Positions 1 to 8,613 of a stretch of 37,341 nucleotides of DNA are shown piece by piece. The stretch covers positions 1-37,341 of the forward strand of contig JANLPS010000465.1 in NCBI GenBank assembly GCA_031367385.1, in the 5' to 3' direction. This stretch comes from Archangium sp. Its GTDB lineage: Bacteria > Myxococcota > Myxococcia > Myxococcales > Myxococcaceae. The first letter of the stretch is position 1. Every line of letters starts with the position of its first letter. The notes beneath the pieces are model-generated. The model had not been told where the DNA came from. It ran no database searches and was given only the letters and a program-made list of their open reading frames with translations. A program made the translations under genes and the position numbers.

Positions 1-1
1 A

Positions 2-157
2 CCGCCCCCTGCAGTCACCCCGGTTCAAGAAGGCATCGCGTTCATCATGATCGACGCCGGTGGCGACTATGACGAGTTCATGCGAGTGCCGCGCTATGAA
101 GAGGGCCAAGCCCTGCCCGCCATCGCCCAAACCGCCTTCGAGCCCTTTCCGCTGTGA
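2..157 (+). CDS. 3' end of a hypothetical protein, truncated by the window edge
   Basis: Open frame from nt 2 (PPPAVTPVQEGIAFIMIDAGGDYDEFMRVPRYEEGQALPAIAQTAFEPFPL) to TGA at 155-157, with GC-rich third codon positions. The next gene's purine-rich RBS follows directly. Confidence 0.6.
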   Translation, partial: PPPAVTPVQEGIAFIMIDAGGDYDEFMRVPRYEEGQALPAIAQTAFEPFPL

Positions 158-171
158 AGAAGGAACACGTC

Positions 172-1356
172 ATGTCGAGAGCTCGAATGTGCATCTGGGT
201 GTTCGCGCTGCTCGGCGGCAGCGTGGCGTTCGCCCAACAGACTGCGTCTGACGCGGGGGGGTTGGCGCCGGGCTGGTTCGTCGCGGCGAAGAACGAAGGC
301 GAGTACGTGGTCGAGTCGCTGCAAGCGGGTACCTGCGGCGGCCGCGCGGCGGTGGCCAGGTCACTGCTGCCTTCGGTGCCAGGCAACATTTCGGTGATGC
401 AGGTCTTCAGGGCCGAGAAATACCGGGGCAGGAGGGTGCAGTTCTCGGCGACCCTCGACACCACCGAGCTGACCGGCTGGGCCGGGTTGTGGATGCGCGT
501 CGACGGGCCCGACAAGAAGACGCTCACCTTCGACAACATGCAGAACCGCTCGATTCAGGGCACCGCGCACTGCGTGAAGGCGGCGGTGGTGCTCGATGTG
601 CCGGTGTACGCCGAGAACATCGCGCTGGGGTTCGTGCTGAACAATGGAGGCCGGGTCGAGCTCGGCAACATTTCGCTCGAGCCGGTCGACCGCTCGGTGC
701 CGACGACGAACCTGGCGCCACCTCCGCCGCTGCCGCCGGCGCGGTTCTCTGATGGCGGCCTGGTGCAGCCGCGAAAACCGCCTGAGCGCGAGAAAGACCC
801 TCGGTCTGACGATTCGATGGGCCGGGTCGGCGTGGTCTGGTTCAGCGACCGAATCATCACCCAGCAACAGCTGGGCAAAATACGGCCCGGCAGCGGGGCG
901 CTGCACCTGGTCGGCCCCAACTCCTGGAGCGACGGCCCCGGCGACTACACCTCGACGATCAAGGGCGACACCATCTACGTCAAAGGGCTCGACCCGACGA
1001 TCGGGTTTCTGGCCACGATGACGGGCGAGTTCAAGCTTCGCCGCGAGGGCGACACGAACGTGATCGAGGGCACCTGGGGCACCGACATGAAGAAGTACCC
1101 GGTGTCGATTCGCGTCTCGCGCAACCAGCTCGACATGTCGTGGGGCTTTTACGAGCGCCACATGCTCGCCGAGCATTCGCCCCAGGCACCTCCCGAGTGT
1201 GTCTTCTTCTCACGGCGCACCGGAGGCGTCGCGGTGTGGATGTCTGACGCCATACAGGTCTGCGGTTGCATCTTCGACGCCGATACGCCTCCGCAGCAGA
1301 CGGTGATTGCGTTCTTGATGGCGGGCTTTCACCGCTTCGACGGCGATTACCGGTGA
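172..1356 (+). CDS. Exported two-domain protein: N-terminal carbohydrate-binding-like beta-sandwich, Pro-rich linker, unknown C-terminal domain
   Basis: AAGGAA precedes ATG172 and a signal peptide ends ...VAFA|QQ. The motif YRGRRVQFSA...GWAGLWMRVDG...FDNMQNRSIQGT resembles the sandwich domain seen in erythromycin-esterase/AraC-associated proteins. Linker APPPPLPP. Confidence 0.7.
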   Translation: MSRARMCIWVFALLGGSVAFAQQTASDAGGLAPGWFVAAKNEGEYVVESLQAGTCGGRAAVARSLLPSVPGNISVMQVFRAEKYRGRRVQFSATLDTTELTGWAGLWMRVDGPDKKTLTFDNMQNRSIQGTAHCVKAAVVLDVPVYAENIALGFVLNNGGRVELGNISLEPVDRSVPTTNLAPPPPLPPARFSDGGLVQPRKPPEREKDPRSDDSMGRVGVVWFSDRIITQQQLGKIRPGSGALHLVGPNSWSDGPGDYTSTIKGDTIYVKGLDPTIGFLATMTGEFKLRREGDTNVIEGTWGTDMKKYPVSIRVSRNQLDMSWGFYERHMLAEHSPQAPPECVFFSRRTGGVAVWMSDAIQVCGCIFDADTPPQQTVIAFLMAGFHRFDGDYR

Positions 1357-1589
1357 GGCTCGGGTTGGTTGTGCTGCTGCTGCTCGCGTGCGGCCCGACG
1401 AGCACCTCACTGGTCGCTGACACCCGCTGCGAAGGCAGTGCGCAGTGCACCGGCGGGCAGTCATGCGTGACGGTGACGTCGGTTCGGGGCCCGGGTGGCG
1501 AGTGCCTGACCTCGACCGGCGTGAAGGTCTGCCGCCCCGCTTGCGCGAGCTGCCCCTCGAACGTGCCCTGCGGGTGTGTGTGCGAGTGA
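1353..1589 (+). CDS. Small Cys-rich lipoprotein (78 aa)
   Basis: GTG start overlaps the upstream stop (GTGA). MRLGLVVLLLLAC forms a signal peptide with lipobox, followed by 10 more Cys. Confidence 0.7.
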   Translation: MRLGLVVLLLLACGPTSTSLVADTRCEGSAQCTGGQSCVTVTSVRGPGGECLTSTGVKVCRPACASCPSNVPCGCVCE

Positions 1590-1649
1590 GCGGTTGGGTG
1601 ACAGTGTTCTGGTAAGTGAAGCTGGCTCCGATACGCTTGCGGCCCGCCC

Positions 1650-2510
1650 ATGGAAGTCGTGCTTCGGCCCACCAATGATCAATTTCTGCGCGACGTGGTG
1701 TTCCCCGCGTTCGAGCTGGGAGTGCTCAACGCGGCGCCGGCCATCGATCACCTGTTGCGGCATGTGAATGACGAAGCGACGCGGGTCTTGCTCGAGTTGG
1801 TGCTCGAGCAGTCGGTCGAGGGCACGTTCTTCGGGCTCTCCGACGAGCGGTGGAACGAGGCGGTGTACCGGCTGCTGTTCTACGAATGGGTGCCCGACAG
1901 CGGAGGGTGGATCATCGCCAGCCAGTACATCGGCTACGCGGGGCCGTGGGAGGAGACGTTTCACCTGTCGTTGATGCTCGAAGACGCGGTGTACCCGTAC
2001 TCAGAAGACGGGAGCGCAGAGCTCTACCGGCGCTCGTTCTGGGGCCAGCCGCAGAAGCGGTTCGGGCTCTCGACCCTGCTGTGCGGCACGTGGGACCCGG
2101 TGCCCAGCTTTCCTCCCGACCAGGTGCTGACGACCGAGGGCAATGGCATTTACAACCCGAGGCTCGGCATCGCGCGCGCCGACTGGAGCTGGCGGCCGAT
2201 GATGACCGTGAGCACCTGGGCGTCGCGGCTGCCGAGCGTGCTGAACGCGCTGCTCGACCGCGAAGTGCGGCGGCTGCGCCCGGTGAGCGTGCCTGAGAAG
2301 CATGAGGTGCTCGATTTTTGGCTGGGCCGCGTGAAGGAACCGCCGGTGCTGGCGGTGAGCTTCTCGGGCCTGGGGCCACGGGCCCACGAGTGGATTCGGG
2401 AGATCGGGGCGCTGGCCCAGGTGGTGCGGAGCGCAGCCGATGTGCAGCAGGGGCTGACCGCGGTGATCAGCCGAAGAAACTTCGCGATGGATTTGGGGTC
2501 GGAGCGCTGA
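1650..2510 (+). CDS. Hypothetical protein (286 aa)
   Basis: Long ORF with typical codon bias and a globular, Trp-rich composition. No motif recognised. Confidence 0.75.
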   Translation: MEVVLRPTNDQFLRDVVFPAFELGVLNAAPAIDHLLRHVNDEATRVLLELVLEQSVEGTFFGLSDERWNEAVYRLLFYEWVPDSGGWIIASQYIGYAGPWEETFHLSLMLEDAVYPYSEDGSAELYRRSFWGQPQKRFGLSTLLCGTWDPVPSFPPDQVLTTEGNGIYNPRLGIARADWSWRPMMTVSTWASRLPSVLNALLDREVRRLRPVSVPEKHEVLDFWLGRVKEPPVLAVSFSGLGPRAHEWIREIGALAQVVRSAADVQQGLTAVISRRNFAMDLGSER

Positions 2511-2512
2511 AG

Positions 2513-3844
2513 GTGAAGACCCGCCGCTTCGAGCATCATGCGCGGCAAGAGGTTTGGGTCGTCGAGCAAGACGGCGCCGAGTACGAGGTTCGTTGGGGGC
2601 CGTTGGGCGGCCCGGGCCAAACCCGCCGTCACCCCTGCCACTCTGCGAAAGAGGCCACCCAGCTCATCGACGTCTTGGCGATGCAGTTGGCAGACCTCGG
2701 GTTCACCGAAGTGGGTGGCGCCGCGTCGCCTTCGGCGCTGGAGTGGAACGATGCGCTCGAAGCAGTGGTGCTGAACGACCCCCTCAGTGCCGAAGCGCGT
2801 CTGGTGTACGGCGATTGGCTGCAGCTGCATGCCAACCCGCTGGGAGATCTCGTGGCCTTGCAAGCCGCCGGCATCGTCGCGGGCGACCAGATCGACGCGA
2901 TGTTCGAATTACTCTTCGGCACCGTCTCGAAGAACTTTCGCACCCGTCACTCGCGAAGAGAAGGCAGCCGCGGGCTCGTGCTCACCTTTGAAAACGGGTT
3001 CATTGATTCAGTGTGGTGCGGCAACGGCAGCTCAGCTGAAGCGGCCGCCGCCCTCGATGGAGTGCTGTCATCACCCGCCTCACGCTTCGTTCGCCGCATC
3101 ACGCTCGGGCTGACGGTGCAGTCGGCCGAGGTGCAGACCTCGCAGCCGCTCATCGATGTGGTGATTCGACACGCGCCGCCCCTGATCGAGCGGCTCGAAG
3201 CAGCCGATTTCAGATTTCCACGAGACGCCTTTGGGTACCTTCACGCAGACGAGACGCTCATGTCGCAGGCCCACGCGGGCAATTTCAGTCGCGTGTGGCG
3301 AGCGCTGCCGTCGCTGCGAGAGGTCGTCATTCGTGGCGGCGGCGAGGTCGAGTTGGGTCGCATCGAGGCACCCCACTTGCGCGCGTTGACGATTCAGACG
3401 GGCGGCCTGTCGCCCCAATGCTTCAGTTCAATCGCGGAGGCGAGCTGGCCCGCGCTCGAGACGCTCAACGTCTGGTGTGGGTCTGCGGAGCATGGGTTCC
3501 GCACCACCATCGGCGATTTCTCGCGACTCTTGACGGCGGTGCGCCTCCCCGCGCTGCGCCACTTGGGCGTCATCAACAGCCGGTTCGAGGGCGAGCTCAT
3601 TGAATGCCTCGCGCGTTCGAGCCTTCTTCGGCAACTGCGCACGCTCGACCTCTCGAAAGGCACCATCGCCGACTCCGCTTGGGCGACGCTCGACGCCAAC
3701 CGAGACGCCTTCGCACACCTGGAGCGCATCGACCTGAGCGAAAACTTCATTCACGGGCCGCCGATCTCCGGTCTGTCGCTCGACGTCTCGGCTCAGCGTT
3801 TCGAAGGCGCCGATGAGGGGCGCATGCCCGTCGTCGGGCCCTGA
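2513..3844 (+). CDS. WGR-like domain + TIGR02996-like segment + leucine-rich repeat protein
   Basis: GTG2513 follows GGAG. WGR-like YEVRWGPLGGPGQ; TIGR02996-like LEAVVLNDPLSAEARLVYGDWLQLHANPLGDLVALQ; LRRs LPSLREVVI, APHLRALTI, WPALETLNV, LPALRHLGV, LRQLRTLDLS, LERIDLSEN. Confidence 0.8.
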   Translation: MKTRRFEHHARQEVWVVEQDGAEYEVRWGPLGGPGQTRRHPCHSAKEATQLIDVLAMQLADLGFTEVGGAASPSALEWNDALEAVVLNDPLSAEARLVYGDWLQLHANPLGDLVALQAAGIVAGDQIDAMFELLFGTVSKNFRTRHSRREGSRGLVLTFENGFIDSVWCGNGSSAEAAAALDGVLSSPASRFVRRITLGLTVQSAEVQTSQPLIDVVIRHAPPLIERLEAADFRFPRDAFGYLHADETLMSQAHAGNFSRVWRALPSLREVVIRGGGEVELGRIEAPHLRALTIQTGGLSPQCFSSIAEASWPALETLNVWCGSAEHGFRTTIGDFSRLLTAVRLPALRHLGVINSRFEGELIECLARSSLLRQLRTLDLSKGTIADSAWATLDANRDAFAHLERIDLSENFIHGPPISGLSLDVSAQRFEGADEGRMPVVGP

Positions 3845-3880
3845 TCGCGCGTCGAGAAGCCCAACCTCATGGCGGCGAGA

Positions 3881-4023
3881 GGCCTCACGGTCGTGAATTG
3901 GCGGCGTGCCACGGCGGAGCGCCACCATTTCGCGCGAAAAGACGCTGTGCTGCCGTTGCAGAGGGCCTCACGGCTCCGAATTGGTGCCGCGCCACCGCTG
4001 AACACCGGCATTTCGCGTGAATT
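3881..4023. repeat. Two-copy degenerate direct repeat, period 83 bp, between convergent genes
   Basis: 3881-3940 and 3964-4023 align without gaps at 44/60 identity by hand count. Shared blocks are GGCCTCACGG, GAATTGG, GCCAC and CATTTCGCGYGAA. Confidence 0.7.
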
Positions 4024-4056
4024 TGCCCATTGCACGCACAGAAGTGCCTGAAATTC

Positions 4057-4935
4057 TCAGGCGTACAAAGCCCAGCCAGCGACAGCCAGAAACAGAGCCC
4101 CGTCAATCAGCAACGGCGCGTCAGAGAGCAGCACCTTCTCTGGCGCCCCGCCGGCCCCGCGCTTGTGCACCAAAAACAGGTACCGAAACACGCCGTACAC
4201 CACACACGGCACCGTGAACTTGAGGTGGTCGGTGCCCACGCGCGCGACCGTCTCGACCGACACGGTGTACAGCCCGTACGCCAAGATGCACGCCGCGGCG
4301 GCGATGCTCATCATCTGATCGAGCATCGGCAACGAATAGTCGGCCAGGTTCGCGCGATGGGCGCTGGCATCTTCGAGCAGTGACAGCTCGGCGCGGCGCT
4401 TGGCGAAGCCCAAAAACACGGCTCCCAGCAGCGTGCAGAGAAACAGCCAGTTCGACACCACCACATCAATCGCCACCGCGCCGGCCACCACGCGAATGAT
4501 GAACCCCAGCGCAATCGCCATCACGTCGAGAATGACCAGCCGCTTGAGCCCACCGGTGTAGACGACCTGCAGCAGCAGGTACCCGCCGAGCACGCTGAGA
4601 AACCGCAAGCCGAGCCACGAACCAATCGCCGCCGCGCCGGCCCAGCACACCAGCACCAAAACCACCGCCCCCGGTGCGCCAATCAACCCCGCCGCGATCG
4701 GCCGATTCTTCTTCTCAGGGTGCAGCCGGTCTTTGTCGCGATCGAACCAATCGTTGAGCACGTAGACGCCGCTGGCGAGCAGGCTGAACGCGATCACCGA
4801 GGCCGTCGCGCGCAGCAGCAGGCCAGACGCAAAGATGCTCTTCGCGAACAACAGCGGCGTGAACAGCACGCCATTCTTCACCCACTGCTTGGGGCGCAAC
4901 GCTCTGAACGCGGCGGCAGGAGACATCGTGCTCAT
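4057..4935 (-). CDS. UbiA-family prenyltransferase, decaprenyl-phosphate phosphoribosyltransferase (DPPR synthase)-like
   Basis: Motifs ALRPKQWVKN, YVLNDWFDRDKDRLHPEKKNRPIAAG and FLGFAKRRAEL; multi-TM. ATGA overlap with the ugd stop. Confidence 0.9.
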   Translation of the reverse strand: MSTMSPAAAFRALRPKQWVKNGVLFTPLLFAKSIFASGLLLRATASVIAFSLLASGVYVLNDWFDRDKDRLHPEKKNRPIAAGLIGAPGAVVLVLVCWAGAAAIGSWLGLRFLSVLGGYLLLQVVYTGGLKRLVILDVMAIALGFIIRVVAGAVAIDVVVSNWLFLCTLLGAVFLGFAKRRAELSLLEDASAHRANLADYSLPMLDQMMSIAAAACILAYGLYTVSVETVARVGTDHLKFTVPCVVYGVFRYLFLVHKRGAGGAPEKVLLSDAPLLIDGALFLAVAGWALYA

Positions 4936-6230
4936 GTGCGGCCGACACCGTAGTACGTGAACCCTCGCTCGCGCATATCGGTTGGCGAATACACGTTTCG
5001 CCCGTCGAATATCACCGGCGTCTTCAGTTTCTGTTTCACCTTGTCGAAGTCGACGTGGCGAAATTCGTTCCACTCCGTGATCACGAAGAGCGCATCGGCC
5101 CCGTCGAGCACGTCGTAAGGGCGCTGGCCGAAATGAACGCGGTCTCCGAAGAGCTTCTTCGCCGAGGCAGTGGCCACCGGGTCGAACGCCCTGACCTTTG
5201 CCCCCTTGCCGATCAGCCCCTCGATCACCTCAATCGCCGGAGCCTCGCGCATGTCATCGGTCTTCGGCTTGAACGCCAGGCCCCACACCGCGAACGTGCG
5301 GCCGTTCAAGTCACCAAAGTGTTTCAGCGCCTTGCCGATCAACAGCTTCTTCTGCCGCTCATTGGTGCGCTCGACCGCGCGCAACAGGTCGAGCTCGAGA
5401 CCGAACTCACGGGCGGTCGCGACCAGCGCCTTCACGTCTTTGGGAAAACAGCTGCCCCCATACCCGACCCCGGGGAAGAGAAAGGGGTACCCGATGCGCC
5501 GATCAGCCCCCAGACCCTTGCGAATCGAATCGACGTCAGCTCCGACCTTTTCGCACAGGGCCGCCATGTCATTCATGAACGAGATGCGCGTCGCCAGCAT
5601 CGCGTTGGCGGCGTACTTGGTGAGCTCGGCCGACCGCGTGTCCATGAAGATGATCGGGTGCTCGGTGCGAACGAACGGAGCGTACAAATCGGTCATGACC
5701 TTCGCGGCCCGCTCGGTGTCGGTGCCGATCACGATTCGGTCGGGCCTCAAGAAATCGTCGAGGGCCGCGCCCTCTTTGAGAAACTCCGGGTTCGAGACCA
5801 CGTCGAATGGCACCGAGGTCTGCGCTGCGACGGCTTCGCGCACCCGGTCGGCGGTACCGACGGGCACGGTGCTCTTGTCGACGATGACGGTGTACTGCGT
5901 GAGCGCCTTGCCAATGTCGCTGGCGGCCTGAAGCACGTGCTGGAGATCAGCGTCTCCCGACTCGCCCTCGGGCGTGCCGACGGCGATGAACACCACGCTC
6001 GCCGAGCCCACCGCCGCCGCCAGGTCGGTCGAGAACGTCAACCGCTGCTCGAGCACGTTGTTCGCAACCAGCTCTTCGAGGCCCGGCTCGTAAATGGGCA
6101 ACTTGCCCGCGTTGAGCCCCTCGATTTTCTCGGCGTCGATGTCAACGCAGGTCACGTCATTGCCCGAATCGGCGAAACACGTGCCCGCCACGAGGCCGAC
6201 ATAGCCACTGCCGATGACCGCGATTCGCAT
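4932..6230 (-). CDS. ugd: UDP-glucose 6-dehydrogenase
   Basis: MRIAVIGSGYVGLV Rossmann motif, SNPEFLKEG, GYGGSCFPKD catalytic Cys, GLAFKPKTDDMRE. Confidence 0.95.
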   Translation of the reverse strand: MRIAVIGSGYVGLVAGTCFADSGNDVTCVDIDAEKIEGLNAGKLPIYEPGLEELVANNVLEQRLTFSTDLAAAVGSASVVFIAVGTPEGESGDADLQHVLQAASDIGKALTQYTVIVDKSTVPVGTADRVREAVAAQTSVPFDVVSNPEFLKEGAALDDFLRPDRIVIGTDTERAAKVMTDLYAPFVRTEHPIIFMDTRSAELTKYAANAMLATRISFMNDMAALCEKVGADVDSIRKGLGADRRIGYPFLFPGVGYGGSCFPKDVKALVATAREFGLELDLLRAVERTNERQKKLLIGKALKHFGDLNGRTFAVWGLAFKPKTDDMREAPAIEVIEGLIGKGAKVRAFDPVATASAKKLFGDRVHFGQRPYDVLDGADALFVITEWNEFRHVDFDKVKQKLKTPVIFDGRNVYSPTDMRERGFTYYGVGRT

Positions 6231-6255
6231 GGGTGCGAAGCGTCTAAGCCATCTG

Positions 6256-7209
6256 TCAGCCGCCGGCCAGCAGGGTGCGCAGCGCATCTTCGCCGCGAAA
6301 CTGCTGGGTTCGGCCCACCGTCGACACCGGCCCCACGACGAGGCGCTCGAGCAGCTCGCGGGTCGGCATCATCAACGAGGGTTGCAGCGCTTGGGCGGCC
6401 TTCGCCGTCTCAGGAAACAGCTTCTCGACGATGCGCAGGGCGGCCCAGAGGGCGCGCTCCATCTTCCACTGCGCGGCCCGGGCTCGGAGCGCGTCGGCGA
6501 TGACCGGCCTCGAGTACACGCCACCCATCGACGGAGCCCCCTGAATCAGCTCTCGCAAATCGACGAATTCGATCAACGGCACATCGAACCCCGCGCGCGA
6601 CATCAACAGCACGTGGGTCAAAATCGCGTCTTCGAGGTCGAGCCTGAAGAGCGAGGGCCCATACACCTTCATCGGCGTGGCCCTGGCGAACAAGGGCGCG
6701 TCGTCTTCGAGCAGCTCGCCGTGCACGAAGATCGTGGTGCGGCCGTCGCTGAGCTCGCGAACAGGGCTCGGCGTCGGCTCAGCCGGCTTGAATTCGGCGC
6801 GGCGCAGGTAGCCCACGAAGGGGTCGAGATCAGCCCGGGGCACCAGCAAGCGAATGTCGATGACCGGCCGAAACGCGACGTGCGGGTAGAGGCTCTCGGC
6901 GAAGCTGCCCCCGCCCAACATGATCACCCGCCTGCCCTCGAGCTCGTCGACCGCGCGCTTGAAGTTCACCAGCTTCATCACGTTGTCGTTGACCGACCCC
7001 TGGTAAATCGCGAGCAACCTGTCGCGCACCCACTCGGGCGCACCGGTCTTGGCCCCGAGGCGGTACTCGAGGTTGTAGGCAGCGAGCGGGGCCAGGCCCT
7101 GGCCGATGGCCCAGTCGGTGTAGGCCTCCCAGGGGGCGTCGGCGAGCGACCCCTTCTGAGGGTCGAATGAGGCCAGCGTCTGAAACACCTGGAGCAGCGA
7201 GGCAGGCAT
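6256..7209 (-). CDS. Nucleotidyltransferase-family protein (NTP_transf_5-like) with an atypical active site
   Basis: GLAPLAAYNL, then MLGGGSFAESLYPHVAFRPVIDIRLLVP, aligns with the family pattern LKG..L...Y....R...DxDLLV. 25-bp gap to ugd. Confidence 0.7.
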   Translation of the reverse strand: MPASLLQVFQTLASFDPQKGSLADAPWEAYTDWAIGQGLAPLAAYNLEYRLGAKTGAPEWVRDRLLAIYQGSVNDNVMKLVNFKRAVDELEGRRVIMLGGGSFAESLYPHVAFRPVIDIRLLVPRADLDPFVGYLRRAEFKPAEPTPSPVRELSDGRTTIFVHGELLEDDAPLFARATPMKVYGPSLFRLDLEDAILTHVLLMSRAGFDVPLIEFVDLRELIQGAPSMGGVYSRPVIADALRARAAQWKMERALWAALRIVEKLFPETAKAAQALQPSLMMPTRELLERLVVGPVSTVGRTQQFRGEDALRTLLAGG

Positions 7210-7277
7210 TCACCTCGTATGCCGCCAGGGCAGCCCCTGCGCCATTGAAATAACCGTGCTACGCACCCGCGCACCCG

Positions 7278-8582
7278 ATGCGAACCACCGTCTTCATGCA
7301 TGCCCACGCGCACCAGGCCGAGGCCGCGCGTTCGCTCGCTCGCGCCGCGGTGCAGCTGGGCCACGACGTCGTCATCGCTGGAGACCGCCTCGACGTGGCC
7401 GATGTGACCCTGGTGCCCGCCAACGGCTCGTTCGGAGACGCGTTGACCGCCGCCCTGCCCTTCATCACGACCGACTCGGTGGTGCTGCAGCAGCCCGACG
7501 CCGCGTACTCGGCAGACTCGTGGGAGCGGTTGCTCGGCCCGATTGTGCGCGACGAGGCCGACGTGGTGGTGGGGCATCGCTCACGCCGCTCTCTGGCCGA
7601 CCGGGCGCTCGAGTCGCTGGCCGGGTTCGCGCTCGACGGGCTCAGCCTCGACGCAGGCTCTGGTCAAAAGGCTGCTCGCCGCCAGGCCCTGGTCGACACG
7701 GCGCTCCTGCCGGGCGCTGACGAAGCGCAGCTGTTGGTCAAGCTGGCCGCGCAGCTCTACCGGTTCGTCGAAGTGCGAATCGACCCGACCGCGAGCCTGC
7801 GGGGGGGCTTTCGACAAGCCGCGCGACACGCCCGTACCTTCGCGCGCTACGCCTCGACCCAAGACGCCGCCGACAACACCCACGAGGGCTACTCGACGCT
7901 GGCGAACCTCGAGGCCCGGGCTCCGAATTACAACGCCTGGCTGGGTGAGCGCTTTCGCGCCTTCGCGGGCCAACGCATTCTGGAGATCGGCGCCGGCATC
8001 GGCACCATCACCGCCCACCTCGCGCCCGGGAGAGAAAAGGTCATCGCCCTCGAGGTCGACCCCTTCTACGTGCGGCGTCTGCAGAACCGGTTTCGCGGTC
8101 AGCCCCAGGTCGAGCCGCACCTGACCGACGTCGCCCTCGCCGACTGGGAGTCGCTGCGAGCCCAGAACATCGACACCATCGCGATGTCGAACGTGCTCGA
8201 GCACCTGCCCGACGATGGCAAGGCGGTGCAGTCGTTCGCGCGAATTCTGCAGCCTGCCGGCCGGGTGTTGATCTTCGTGCCCGCCCTGCCCCGCTTGTTC
8301 GGCTCGCTCGATGAAGCGGTGGGCCACTACCGCCGGTACACGCCGCAGTCGCTCTCCGCGGTCCTCGAGCGCAACGGCTTCGAGATCGAGCACCTGGAGT
8401 GGATGAATCTCGTCGGCATCCCCGGGTGGGTGTTGAATGGTCAGCTGCTCAAGCGGCGCGTGCTGCCCGGGTTGCAACTTCGCTTGTACGACCAGGTCGC
8501 GCCGCTGCTCGCGTCGCTCGAGTCGCGCGTGAAGTTGCCGATCGGGCTCAGTCTGTTTTGCGTGGCGAAGAAGCGGGCCTGA
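7278..8582 (+). CDS. Fusion of a degenerate GT2-like domain and a class I SAM-dependent methyltransferase
   Basis: N-terminal LLGPIVRDEADVVVGHR resembles polyprenyl-phosphate glycosyltransferases. C-terminal ILEIGAGIG, MSNVLEHLPDD and DEAVGHYRRY. Confidence 0.85.
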   Translation: MRTTVFMHAHAHQAEAARSLARAAVQLGHDVVIAGDRLDVADVTLVPANGSFGDALTAALPFITTDSVVLQQPDAAYSADSWERLLGPIVRDEADVVVGHRSRRSLADRALESLAGFALDGLSLDAGSGQKAARRQALVDTALLPGADEAQLLVKLAAQLYRFVEVRIDPTASLRGGFRQAARHARTFARYASTQDAADNTHEGYSTLANLEARAPNYNAWLGERFRAFAGQRILEIGAGIGTITAHLAPGREKVIALEVDPFYVRRLQNRFRGQPQVEPHLTDVALADWESLRAQNIDTIAMSNVLEHLPDDGKAVQSFARILQPAGRVLIFVPALPRLFGSLDEAVGHYRRYTPQSLSAVLERNGFEIEHLEWMNLVGIPGWVLNGQLLKRRVLPGLQLRLYDQVAPLLASLESRVKLPIGLSLFCVAKKRA

Positions 8583-8613
8583 CGCTCGACGACTGGGCCG
8601 GTTGCGAGCGAAG

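Noticed and set aside
3881..4023. CRISPR array interpretation of the tandem repeat
   Set aside because: There are only two degenerate copies, similarity runs across the whole unit with no repeat-spacer pattern, and no cas genes are present.
5055..6503. Long antisense or alternate-frame ORFs (e.g. 5055-6503 +, 7581-8855 -, 32795-34627 +, 35846-37141 -)
   Set aside because: They shadow well-supported genes, have Arg/Ala/Gly-rich non-globular composition and are expected from stop-codon scarcity at high GC.
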